62,367 nucleotides of DNA from Leptospiraceae bacterium (GTDB taxonomy: Bacteria; Spirochaetota; Leptospiria; Leptospirales; Leptospiraceae): positions 1,726 through 64,092 of the forward strand of contig DAORDI010000001.1 in the NCBI GenBank assembly GCA_035345895.1. Direction: 5' to 3'. Made by a program: the position numbers and the translations under genes. The notes beneath the pieces are model-generated. The model ran no database searches. It was not told the DNA's origin and worked only from the letters and a program-made list of their open reading frames with translations. Shown here piece after piece: positions 10,463 to 20,700 of the stretch (within the stretch, counting starts at the first letter, position 1; each line of letters opens with the position of its first letter).

Positions 10463-11848
10463 ATGACACTTTCAAGCTACGAATACAATTACACAGATTC
10501 ATCCGCTTTTATTGAAGAAAATTCAGAGAAGAAATTTCTCCTTTCTCACTGCACTGAAATCGAAGAGGATCAGAAGATTCCCTGTTTTTTTTATGGAAAA
10601 TTTATAGATTCTTTCATTATCTCCAGATGTCTGAGTGTTCTGGCAAGAACAGTAAAATCACATTTTTCCATCCGACCTGAGCAGAGAGCTGCAATGAGAG
10701 ATCCGATTGTATCTGTAGGCAGCGGTGAAATACGGTTCGAGGGATTTTCCTCCTGTGCCGGTGTATACGCCAGAGTGGATGTTCGGAAGGATGCAGTGGA
10801 CGGAGAATTTCTGGCTTCGGGATGCACCAATGTAGATTTTAATGATCCGATCATTCGGGCCTTCAATATGGTAAACCGTTCAGAAACTATGATCTTAGGG
10901 GTAGGACACGATCATCTGAAAATTACTACTCCTGCAGGTTCTGTAACAGAAAAGAAAGTCAGTCTGCCCGACAAGTGGATACGGGGTCTCGGCAATGTTC
11001 AGTACTATCTTTCTCAGATGGAATCTGCATTTCAGATGACCAGGATTCAGGCTGTCGAGCTTTTCAAGGCACTTCCGGCAGGTGCAGTCAAATCTGACTA
11101 TTTTCTCACAGAGAATACAAATGGATATTTTTTATCCCCAATCGAAAAACAAAACTCTGTCAGATTAGGAGGAGTTCACAGACTGAATCTGATCAGAACA
11201 CTTCTGCCGTTCATTGAATCAGTCTCGGTTTACAGAGATCCGGAAGAACAGTGTTCGGCATTCAATCTTCATTTTAAAGATGTGAATATGCTGTTTGTAT
11301 TTTCTGCAGGGATTTACAGAGGGTTTTCCGGTGAAGGAAAGAATCTGGAAAATCTGACAGAAGAAATCCCGGAAGAATGGATCATCGGAATCAGCAGCCT
11401 TTTCAGAACAAATGAAACATTCAATCCGAAAGAACTTGTTCTGGAAAACAGTCTCAGTCAGGAAATGATGATAAACGCTCTGGCTTCACTTTATTCCATA
11501 GGTCTTCTGGGATTTGACTTGGACAGCAGAAAGCATTATTACAGAAGACTTCCTTTTAAACTCAGCCGTCTTCTTTCATTCAATCCTCGTCTTGTAAAAG
11601 CAAAAAAAGCAGCTGAAAGAGATGAGGTCAGAATACTGAACCGGACAGAACATCTGATCGAGGCAGAAGTCAAAGGTTCAGGCGACGTTGTGCACAGGGT
11701 GCTGATTCAGAACAATAAGCCGAGATGCACCTGCAAATGGTATACTGACCATGAAACGTCAAGAGGGCTGTGCAGGCATATCCTTTCTGTCAGGATGCAC
11801 TTGAGTCAGCAGTCTGATTCTTATACTGCATCGGAGTCATCCCTGTAA
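10463..11848 (+). CDS. SWIM zinc finger family protein
   Basis: 461 aa. C-terminal CxCx(n)CxH signature PRCTCKWYTDHETSRGLCRHILSV. N-terminal DPIVSVGSGEIRFEGFSSCAGVYARVDV...KKVSLPDKWIRGLGNVQ resembles the roughly 450-aa bacterial SWIM family. Confidence 0.8.
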   Translation: MTLSSYEYNYTDSSAFIEENSEKKFLLSHCTEIEEDQKIPCFFYGKFIDSFIISRCLSVLARTVKSHFSIRPEQRAAMRDPIVSVGSGEIRFEGFSSCAGVYARVDVRKDAVDGEFLASGCTNVDFNDPIIRAFNMVNRSETMILGVGHDHLKITTPAGSVTEKKVSLPDKWIRGLGNVQYYLSQMESAFQMTRIQAVELFKALPAGAVKSDYFLTENTNGYFLSPIEKQNSVRLGGVHRLNLIRTLLPFIESVSVYRDPEEQCSAFNLHFKDVNMLFVFSAGIYRGFSGEGKNLENLTEEIPEEWIIGISSLFRTNETFNPKELVLENSLSQEMMINALASLYSIGLLGFDLDSRKHYYRRLPFKLSRLLSFNPRLVKAKKAAERDEVRILNRTEHLIEAEVKGSGDVVHRVLIQNNKPRCTCKWYTDHETSRGLCRHILSVRMHLSQQSDSYTASESSL

Positions 11849-13409
11849 TTTTCTTAAATGCAGAATTGAATGCAGATTTGGACTGAAAACCTACATCAAG
11901 GCCGATGTTCAGCACATTCCTGTTTTTGTCCTGTCTGAGAAGAATCATTGCTTCCTTGATTCTGTATTCCTGAATCAGTCTGTGAAAACTCGTTTCCATC
12001 ACTTCACTCAGAAATTCTGAAAACTGGTGGGGTGTCAGCCGAAGCATTGCAGCCAGATCCCCGGATCTTAAATCTTCATCCAGAAATATTTTTTCAGTCT
12101 CCATTAAATTCTTCAGCTGACCGGCAATCTTTTCTCTGTTCAAGCCTCTGATATGAGACTTTTCATATTTGGTTCTCGACTTGATTTTAATCAGTTCTGT
12201 TTCGAGTATGTCTGCCTTTTCCTGATTGAGAATATTCTCAAGTTCAATTGACTTCACTCTTTTAAACATTGCAATGTTCAGGATGGAAAAATCCAGAGGA
12301 ACATAGAACACAAAAGAATATACTATAATTATATTATATGGGAGATAGTGAAGATGATAGAGAATGTTCAGAATTCCGAGAACAGTAAATACCATCCATC
12401 CGTAAAGAAACCATTCAGCAGAACTGCTGTCATTTTTTACGGAAATCAGCCCGGCCGCGAGGATCAGCAAGACCCCTGCACCGGAGGCAGCTGAAAAGCC
12501 CCAGACAAAGATATCAGACGGCACAGGAAATATCCAGATAGCAGAGAAGGCAAGGAGAACAAAGGAAATGAGCTGCAAAAGTCTGTCCAGATATGGAATA
12601 TTCTCCTGAGTAAAAAGGAATTTTCTGGAAAACTGAGCCGCACCGAAACCGGAAAGACCCAGAAAAAGAAATTCAATATTCTGAAAATCCTTCAAGACAG
12701 CAAAGATTCTGTTTCCCTGTCCGAAGCTCAGGAAAACACTTGCGGCCATCGACAAAATATAAAGTATATAGTAATAGTTGACTGAATCTCCTGCATAAAA
12801 GATCTGAAAGATATTATATAGAATAATGATAAGCACAAAACCTCCGAAAAGCCAGAGAAGGTTTGAGGTCAGCTTGATCTGCGCAATCAGTTCCTCCTGC
12901 TCCACCAGACTGACCGGAATTTTTACGCTTTGATGAGATTCGATCCTGATATAGACACTTTTCTTTTCATTGGGAGAGAAACTGATTTTTATTACAGGGA
13001 GAATCAGCTCATGAATCCAGTGCTGATCCTTCAGCTGCATTTCCGCCTGAACGAGACTCCAGCTCTCTTCCTGATTCTGGCAGATTCGGATTTTTTCAGG
13101 ATTGTTCCAGAAAAAGAGGATATACTTTTCAATGGACTGAGCGTCCTGATTTTCCAGATTCCAGCGAAGCCACAGAGATTTTTTTTCTCCGGGATACACG
13201 ATGGATTCTTTTATATTTTTCTGCCAGAGCCCTTCCGATGATTCAACCGCTTTCCTGCAGTCGGAAAATTCCTGCTCAGATATTTCCGCATATTTTGCAA
13301 TATCCGTTTCCTGCAGGGCAGGCGAGGTCTGAATAAAACTGTCCGAATAGACTGAAATGAAAGGAAAATACAAAAGCATAAAAATTATCACTTGCATAGA
13401 TTTCATCAT
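11790..13409 (-). CDS. 7TM-DISM receptor fused to AraC-type HTH regulator
   Basis: ORF 11790..13517. Start most plausibly the MM pair at 13409 (MMKSMQVIIFMLLYFPFISVYS signal). Periplasmic domain, seven hydrophobic helices, then an AraC HTH (LAAMLRLTPHQFSEF...GFQSKSAFNSAFKKITGMTPMQYK). Confidence 0.75.
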   Translation of the reverse strand: MMKSMQVIIFMLLYFPFISVYSDSFIQTSPALQETDIAKYAEISEQEFSDCRKAVESSEGLWQKNIKESIVYPGEKKSLWLRWNLENQDAQSIEKYILFFWNNPEKIRICQNQEESWSLVQAEMQLKDQHWIHELILPVIKISFSPNEKKSVYIRIESHQSVKIPVSLVEQEELIAQIKLTSNLLWLFGGFVLIIILYNIFQIFYAGDSVNYYYILYILSMAASVFLSFGQGNRIFAVLKDFQNIEFLFLGLSGFGAAQFSRKFLFTQENIPYLDRLLQLISFVLLAFSAIWIFPVPSDIFVWGFSAASGAGVLLILAAGLISVKNDSSSAEWFLYGWMVFTVLGILNILYHLHYLPYNIIIVYSFVFYVPLDFSILNIAMFKRVKSIELENILNQEKADILETELIKIKSRTKYEKSHIRGLNREKIAGQLKNLMETEKIFLDEDLRSGDLAAMLRLTPHQFSEFLSEVMETSFHRLIQEYRIKEAMILLRQDKNRNVLNIGLDVGFQSKSAFNSAFKKITGMTPMQYKNQTADSSAS

Positions 13410-13532
13410 TGGTCTGAATTCCAGAATTTCAAAAAGTCCTGAAAATCCCACCAAAAAAACGTTCCGGTTTGTAAGACAGGACGATTTCGGTTCAGGTCTG
13501 TGCAAGAATAGAACCAAGTTCAGGAGGCCAAA

Positions 13533-14507
13533 ATGGACTTTAAATCAATATTCGAAAATTTTCTGAATCCGCCTGTAATGTTTTTCTTTTTAGGACTGCT
13601 TGCCATGTTCTTAAAGTCAAATCTTACAATTCCGGATCAGCTTTCAAAATTCTTCTCAATGTATCTGCTTTTTTCCATCGGGTTTAAGGGCGGTCACGAA
13701 CTGTACAGCACTCAATTTTCGATGGAACACGTCTGGACTCTATTTGCCTGCACAGCAATGGCAGTCGTCGTTCCTCTCTATTCCTATTTTCTTTTCAGAA
13801 CAAAGCTGGATGTTCATAACTCTGCCGCCCTTGCAGGATCATTCGGATCTGTCTCAGCTGTCACATTCGTAACTGCAGGGTCATTTCTTCATAACAAAGG
13901 ATTGGAATACGGAGGATTTATTGTTGCAGGACTTGCACTGATGGAATCTCCTGCCATCATCATTGCTGTCATCCTTGACAGAGTCAGCAGAAGAAAGGAT
14001 TCCGTGCATAAGGAAACATTTTCCTGGAGAGAACTGATTCATGAAGCATTTTTGGGAGATTCAGTATTCCTTCTGATGGGCGCACTGGTCGTCGGATACG
14101 TCACTGGTGAAGCTGGCTGGAAAGCAGAAAAACCCTTTACCGAGGAACTTTTCAAAGGATTTCTGTCCTTCTTTCTTCTGGATATGGGACTTTCTGCTGC
14201 AAAACGGTTCAAAGAACTGAAATCAGTAGGTTTTTTCCTGGTCTTCATCAGTTTTTTCCTGGTCTTTATCAACGCGACTTTAGGAATTATACTGACCAAG
14301 CTGGTTCATATGCCTGTAGGAGACGCGCTTATGTTTACAGTGCTCTGTGCTTCCGCATCCTATATTGCAGTTCCAGCAGCAATGAAAATGTCCATACCCC
14401 AGGCAAATCCAAGCATCTATCTTTCAGTGGCTCTTTCGATGGTTTTTCCTTTCAACATTATTGTAGGAATTCCAATTTACTACTACATCATTTCAAATCT
14501 GGCATAA
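13533..14507 (+). CDS. sbtA: SbtA-family sodium-dependent bicarbonate transporter-like permease
   Basis: 324 aa. MDF..IFENFLNPPVMFFFLGLL at the N-terminus and CASASYIAVPAAMKMSIPQANPSIYLSVAL near the C-terminus parallel cyanobacterial SbtA (…SSSDISGPP…IPSANPSAY…). It lacks the long cytoplasmic loop. Confidence 0.75.
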   Translation: MDFKSIFENFLNPPVMFFFLGLLAMFLKSNLTIPDQLSKFFSMYLLFSIGFKGGHELYSTQFSMEHVWTLFACTAMAVVVPLYSYFLFRTKLDVHNSAALAGSFGSVSAVTFVTAGSFLHNKGLEYGGFIVAGLALMESPAIIIAVILDRVSRRKDSVHKETFSWRELIHEAFLGDSVFLLMGALVVGYVTGEAGWKAEKPFTEELFKGFLSFFLLDMGLSAAKRFKELKSVGFFLVFISFFLVFINATLGIILTKLVHMPVGDALMFTVLCASASYIAVPAAMKMSIPQANPSIYLSVALSMVFPFNIIVGIPIYYYIISNLA

Positions 14508-14517
14508 GGATAATATT

Positions 14518-14817
14518 ATGATTAAAGCATTCAGAGTGGAACTTATTGTCGCGAATGTAGTCCTGCAGAAAACGCTTGAAATAATGGACAGTATCGGTCT
14601 TAATTATACTGTATTCAAGGATATTGCGGGAAGGGGAGAACGAGGCTCCAAAAGTGCGGAAAATGTGCTGACTGTTCTTTCCTGTACATATATTTTGTCT
14701 GTGTGTTCTCAGGAAAAGGCAGCCAGACTGACAGATTCTGTATCGGAACTTCTGGAGATTTACGGGGGAACATACTTTATCACGGAAACAATGGCCTGGG
14801 ATAAAACTGGTCTGTAA
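14518..14817 (+). CDS. sbtB: PII-like signalling protein SbtB
   Basis: 99 aa, starts 11 bp after sbtA. Beta-alpha-beta PII-like pattern (FRVELIV...LEIMDSIGLNYTVFKDIAGRGERGSK). Confidence 0.7.
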   Translation: MIKAFRVELIVANVVLQKTLEIMDSIGLNYTVFKDIAGRGERGSKSAENVLTVLSCTYILSVCSQEKAARLTDSVSELLEIYGGTYFITETMAWDKTGL

Positions 14818-14884
14818 AAAATATACTTCTCCGGCTGCTCATTTTCCAGAGCGGACGGAGGAACGTTAAAAATAGGAGATTAGA

Positions 14885-16846
14885 ATGAAGATATTTATCA
14901 CTGTTATTTCAATATTTTTCACTTTGTCAGGAACCTTATATTCTCAGGGAGACAGCAGTGAGGAAAATGAAAAAAATGCCAGAGCAGTAAAAGAAATTGA
15001 AGAGTCTTTGAAGAAAAATCAGGAAGAACTGGAAGCGCTGAAAAAAAGACTTAGACAGACAGATTCATCCAGCTCAGTAAAATCCGGCACCGAAGACAGT
15101 TATGTATCTCCGCTGAAGACGGGAGGACTGACACCGGATTACAACCGCTCCATGTTCATTGATGCAGATCAGTCAAAGTTCTTCAATAAAAATCAGAAGC
15201 CCTGGCTGAACGACTGGATACGTGCAGGAGCCTATATCAGGACCCGATATGAAGACAGATTTAATTTAGGTTTCGACAAGCAGGCAAAGGGATATATTTC
15301 CAGAGCACTTCAGACAACTCAGCTGTTTATGATCATTGACCCAAGTCCCTATTTCAGTATGAAGATTAATCTTCAGGATGCCAGGGTCTTCGGAGGGTCG
15401 ACACCTGCAAGCGTCGGCGATGTGCGAGCAAATACTTTTGCAGGATCAGGAAACACATTGACTGCAGGAAATTCTTATACTGTCCCCAGTCAGACAACTG
15501 TCCGAGAGGCCTGGTTTATGATGAAGAACCTTCCTCTCGATGTAAAAATTCAGATTGGACGTCAGATACCCGCCTACGGGGACCAGAGAATGCTGGGAGG
15601 AGCAAACTGGACAATCAACGGTCTTTCCTATGACGGGGCAAGACTGATGATAGATAAAGAATATTTTAATTTCCATATATTAGGATACAAACTGACAGGA
15701 AATCAGTCAGGAACAAACAATGTGCTTTCTGCAAACGCGCCTATTTTCAGTTCAACAGTGGATCCTGCCACAGGGAAACAGCTGGCACTCAATCAGGGTC
15801 AGCCAAACCAGTATATTTTCGGAACATACAATACAGTGAAAATGAAAAACTGGTTTCACCTGGATCTGTATTCATTGGGTCTTCTGACTGCGAGAACTCC
15901 CTATTATCCGACAACTGCAACTTCACTGGCCTCAGTCAATGCAAATCTGGGGAATTATCTGTACCAAAGTCCCTGGACAAAACAGAAGAATAATCTGATT
16001 ACCACCGGATTCAGACTGACAAACAGAACAGCCGCGAATGCGCTTGCGCAGGACAGCCCCTGGAAAGGATGGGACTGGACTTTTGAATCAGCCTGGCAGA
16101 CTGGACTCACTGGAACCAGGGTTGTGAGCAATTCAGCAGTCAACGCTGCAGCAAATCAGTTTCTTTCAGCAAACGGACTTCCCGCTGGAACATTTACAAA
16201 CCAGAACCAGAAATATGCAGGTGCAATGTATGTTGCTCAGACAGGATATACCTTTTTTGAAAGGACACGCATCGGTCTGCAGTATATCTATGCAACCGGT
16301 GATAACCGGTCAGGCGACGGAACAAACGGAACCTTTCAGACACTGCCCGGTCCGAGAATGGGAACTGCTCCTTGGAACAATATGGCAGGAACGTCAGAAA
16401 ACATAGATATGAAAAACCTGAAAAGCACTCAAATCAGCATTTCACATAAAACAGAGAAATGGGGAACATTTCACGCATCTTACTTCTGGAATATAAAAAC
16501 CCAGACAAACGATGCCTGGTATGCTGTAAATGGTGCTGCAAATGCAGGAGCAACCACGGATTATTCATCCAAAGCAGTCACAGGAAACAGAGGAAGAAAC
16601 ATCTACAATGAATTGGATTTAACCTGGATGTACGGATTTCATGATTATGTATCTCTCTGGATAGGAGGAGGGGTGCTGACTGCAGGAAATGCTGTTAAAG
16701 GGCAGAAAAATGCAGTTGTCACTTATGATCCGACAGTCTCCGGAAATATAAACGGATATAATATAAATACATCAGTTGCGAGGGGTGCAAGCGGAGCGGC
16801 ATCGCAGGGGTACTTCATGTTCTTCCAGTTCAATGCATTATTCTGA
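14885..16846 (+). CDS. Outer-membrane beta-barrel protein (alginate-export/porin-like)
   Basis: 653 aa. Signal peptide, N-terminal coiled coil, alternating amphipathic beta-strand pattern rich in G/N/T/Y. C-terminal aromatic residue (…FFQFNALF). Confidence 0.65.
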   Translation: MKIFITVISIFFTLSGTLYSQGDSSEENEKNARAVKEIEESLKKNQEELEALKKRLRQTDSSSSVKSGTEDSYVSPLKTGGLTPDYNRSMFIDADQSKFFNKNQKPWLNDWIRAGAYIRTRYEDRFNLGFDKQAKGYISRALQTTQLFMIIDPSPYFSMKINLQDARVFGGSTPASVGDVRANTFAGSGNTLTAGNSYTVPSQTTVREAWFMMKNLPLDVKIQIGRQIPAYGDQRMLGGANWTINGLSYDGARLMIDKEYFNFHILGYKLTGNQSGTNNVLSANAPIFSSTVDPATGKQLALNQGQPNQYIFGTYNTVKMKNWFHLDLYSLGLLTARTPYYPTTATSLASVNANLGNYLYQSPWTKQKNNLITTGFRLTNRTAANALAQDSPWKGWDWTFESAWQTGLTGTRVVSNSAVNAAANQFLSANGLPAGTFTNQNQKYAGAMYVAQTGYTFFERTRIGLQYIYATGDNRSGDGTNGTFQTLPGPRMGTAPWNNMAGTSENIDMKNLKSTQISISHKTEKWGTFHASYFWNIKTQTNDAWYAVNGAANAGATTDYSSKAVTGNRGRNIYNELDLTWMYGFHDYVSLWIGGGVLTAGNAVKGQKNAVVTYDPTVSGNINGYNINTSVARGASGAASQGYFMFFQFNALF

Positions 16847-16868
16847 AGAGATGCAGACATAAGCTGAA

Positions 16869-16910
16869 GTATTCATCCACAGCAATTACGGTTTTGGATG
16901 AATACTTTTT
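16869..16910 (+). terminator. Rho-independent terminator after the sbtA-sbtB-barrel genes
   Basis: 11-bp stem gtattcatcca/tggatgaatac (16869-16879 and 16895-16905) followed by ttttt. Lies 23 nt after the stop at 16846. Confidence 0.75.
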
Positions 16911-17049
16911 CCAGATTCATGATCAATCCGTAAAAATTTCCGTAAACAGTTTTATCTTTTAATGAAACATTGATAAATGCTGAGTGTTCATACGGTACTT
17001 CCAGTACTGCCTTGTATAGCAGATACTGATTCAAAAGAGCAGGCATAAA

Positions 17050-17583
17050 TTATTTAGGAAAATGTTCATTATTCTTTAAATAATCATACACAGCTTGATT
17101 GATAATTTCATTTTCTATCCTTTCCTCCAAACCCATCAGTGCAGGCTGAAAATCTTCAAAGAAAGCACAATGCAGCAGCAGGAGCGCAAAGCATTCTGTA
17201 TATTCCAGATCATAAACCTTTTCTGCATTTCTGCTTTTTGACTTTAGCAGCAGCTTCGATTTCTCTTTTCTGTAAAATGGAATCACTGTCATAGAATACC
17301 CGGAAATTACTGCCCAAGAAAAGTAAAACAAATACTGACCAGTGCTGTAATATTCCTCCCTTACCCCTCCTGCCAGAAATTCCTCAGAAATACTTTCCTT
17401 CTGTGACTTTTTCCATACTGCGGTAAATTGACTTGCATAGCGGTCATTGCCTGTCGTATTATTTTTTACAGTGAATTTCTCGATTCTCATTTCTGGTTTA
17501 TACTTTTCATCAGACTGGACCGATTTCAGTTTTATTGTACGGCATTCAGCAAAGACAAAAAGTAAAATAAGAAGAATTCTCAC
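17050..17583 (-). CDS. Hypothetical secreted protein
   Basis: 177-aa ORF with N-terminal hydrophobic signal (RILLILLFVFAEC). GTG start. No family recognised. Confidence 0.45.
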   Translation of the reverse strand: MRILLILLFVFAECRTIKLKSVQSDEKYKPEMRIEKFTVKNNTTGNDRYASQFTAVWKKSQKESISEEFLAGGVREEYYSTGQYLFYFSWAVISGYSMTVIPFYRKEKSKLLLKSKSRNAEKVYDLEYTECFALLLLHCAFFEDFQPALMGLEERIENEIINQAVYDYLKNNEHFPK

Positions 17584-17743
17584 TTTAACAGTATCGGAAT
17601 ATATGGAAGCATAAATAATCCCTGTATTTTACTCGAGACAACCTTTGCATACTGTCCCAAAATGAGCAAATTGAGAAACAATTTTAAATTAGTACTTGAA
17701 GAAAAAAACTAAGTCAGTACACTCTTACCCGCAAAGGTCAGAC

Positions 17744-20700
17744 ATGGAAATTATCCAAAGTTTTTATATTAATTATTCTACAGTCAGTACTATTTTAACC
17801 GCACTGATTACCTTCGGGGCTGCCGTTTTTCTGTTAAAACTCCCAAATCATTCGAGAGCAACAACTTACCTGGGACTGATGTTTCTTTTCATTGCAATCC
17901 CCGGAACCGGTTATTTTCTGAATAACGGTCTTTATTATCCGTCCTCATTTTCCAGGTATCTGACTCTGATTTCCATTCCAATGCGTTTTACTCTCCTGGC
18001 CCAGTTTCTAATCTATTTTCCCAGACTCAGAAACCCCAAATTTGCCAAATGGTCTCTGATTGTACAGTGTATTATTTCTGCACTGCTCGGAATCTGGCTC
18101 CTTGCTGTAGGTCCCAGCTCAGAGCTGTATTTTGATCTGTCTGGACAAAGTTACGACCTTAAGGTCCCCCTGTTTTTCAAGGGTTACAGCGTTTTTCTGA
18201 TCCTGTTTATTCTGTTCGCAATGGGGATTGCCGTCAGAAAAGCACTGACTCACAAAGGAGAAGAAAGAACAGCAGTTATTATTATCATTATCGCACTGAT
18301 TCTGGATATGGTGATTCCGACAGCCATCAATGCAATGAACAGAAACGGCTATATCAGCAGAGATGCACTGATGGCTGCCCTGGGAATGCTCACCCCAGTC
18401 GGCACATTTCTGATTCTGATCGCATTCATCAATACAACAAAGGATAAAAGCACATTTCTTTTCAAGATTGTCGGAATCAGTTTTCTGACTTTTGTTTTTG
18501 TTTACAATATCATTATTTATGTCTTTATGCAGGACAAGGAATTTTCCTATGATGAGGACAGGGTAAACGATCTGAAACTTGTTCTGAAGGCAGGCGAACG
18601 TCCTGCAAATCTGGACTACCTGATGGAATACAGACCGTCCACCGGAGAAATAAAATTCAGCTACAACAGGAATGAAACTCAGATTGCTGAATTTGAACCC
18701 AAACTGATCAATTCCTATTTCGTGGAATCATTGAGACTGTTTCCGGAAAACTTCACAGCACAGGAAATCATTGCAAAACTGGATTCCATCCCGATCCGAA
18801 ATTCCCAGTACCTTGAGCCGCATAAACTCTCACTGAAGGATTATCTGAGTTCCTATTCAGGAAAAAAACCGGTCAACGACTCGGTTCAGTTTCTTGTCTC
18901 GAAGGAAAGAACCTTATACTATCATTCCAATAAAATAAAGGAAATGAGTGAAAAAGACTTCAGAGATGAACTGAAGGCTTATTTTGCAAAAACACCTCCG
19001 GAAATGGCAAGGTACAAGGAAGCAATACTGAGACACTCGGAAACAACTTCTTCGGGAGGTCCTCAGCTCAAACTGGAACTGCTCCGTTATCTGACACCTG
19101 TTCTTCCGGAAGGGAAGAGAATAGTAAGAGAAAGTGCCGACAGAAAATCTCATTTCCTGGCTTATCAGGAAAGTTCGCCCGACCTGGTTCATGAATTAGG
19201 TTTTTCTTATATAGGATACAGAAAATTCATTCATTCAACTGGAAAATTTTTAACCTATATCCTCCTGGTTTCCATATTTCTTTTCTTTATAGGAACACCG
19301 CTGTTTATGAAAGGTGCATTAGTCACTCCTCTTGAAAATCTTCTGAACGGACTGAGAAAAGTCAGAAAAGGCAATCTGACTGTTGAGGTTCCTGTCAAGG
19401 TTCAGGATGAGATCGGATATCTGACAACATCTTTCAACGGAATGGTAAAATCCATCCGTGAGTCCAAGGAGAAACTCGAAGAGTATTCCAATCAGCTCGA
19501 AGAAAAAGTAAAGGAAAGAACAAAGGAACTCAGATATACTCTTGATCAGGTAGAGAATCTGAAAAATCAGCAGGATGGGGACTACTTCCTGACAACTCTG
19601 CTCCTGAAACCTTTAGGAATCAAAACTGTAGACAACAATGGCAAAGTGGCTGTCGACTTCTTTGTCAAACAGAAGAAAGAATTCCAGTTCAGAAAAAGAG
19701 ATATGGAAATTGGAGGAGACCTCTGTTCCTCTCAGGAAATATTTTTAAGAGGAAAAAAATACATTGTATTTCTGAATGCTGATGCAATGGGGAAATCGAT
19801 GCAGGGGGCAGGGGGAATACTTGTTCTCGGTGCAGTTTTTCAGTCCATCATACAGAGAACATCTGCATACCAGACACAGTCTGAAGTTCCGCCGGAGATG
19901 TGGATCAAAAGTGCCTTCAAGGAAATGCACAAGATTTTCGAGAGTTTTGACGGATCAATGCTTGTATCACTGATTTTCGGACTTGTGGAAGCGGATACAG
20001 GGCTTGTCTATTACATCAACGCTGAACACCCTTGGATGATTCTTTACAGAGACGGGATTGCCGACTTTGCCGAAAGAGACAGTTATTTCAGAAAGCTGGG
20101 AACGTCCGGAGTGAAAAATGAAATATTCGTTTCCACTTTCAGAATGATGCCGGGCGATCTTCTGATCATCGGTTCTGACGGAAAAGATGATGTGGTTCTC
20201 TCTGAGGCACAGGAAAACAGTGACAGGGTCATCAACGAAGACGAGACTCTGATTCTGAAGCGCGTAGAGGAAGCAAAAGGCGACCTGAACGGAATATTCA
20301 AGGTCATTACAGGAAAATACAAGCTGATGGATGATCTTTCTCTGATGTCGATTTACTATAAGGGAGAGACAGAAGAAGATATTGAAGAAAAAAGCAAAAT
20401 TACAAAGTATATAAAAAGAGCTGCAAAATATTTCCAAGACGGAAACTATGAAACCTCTCTGAAAATAATGGAGGAGGCCAGAACTGTCCATCCATTCAAT
20501 TTCACACTCGTGAATTATACTCTTCAGCTTTATATGAAGATGAAGATGTTTGACAAGGGAGCGGAACTCTGCAGACAGTATCTGAAATCAAATGAGGCAA
20601 ACACATCTTTTATGATCAAAGCCTCCTACTGTCTTAAAATGAACCAGGATCTGGAAGCAGCAATCGAGATTGCTGAACGTGTCAAACTCAGGGAGCCGGG

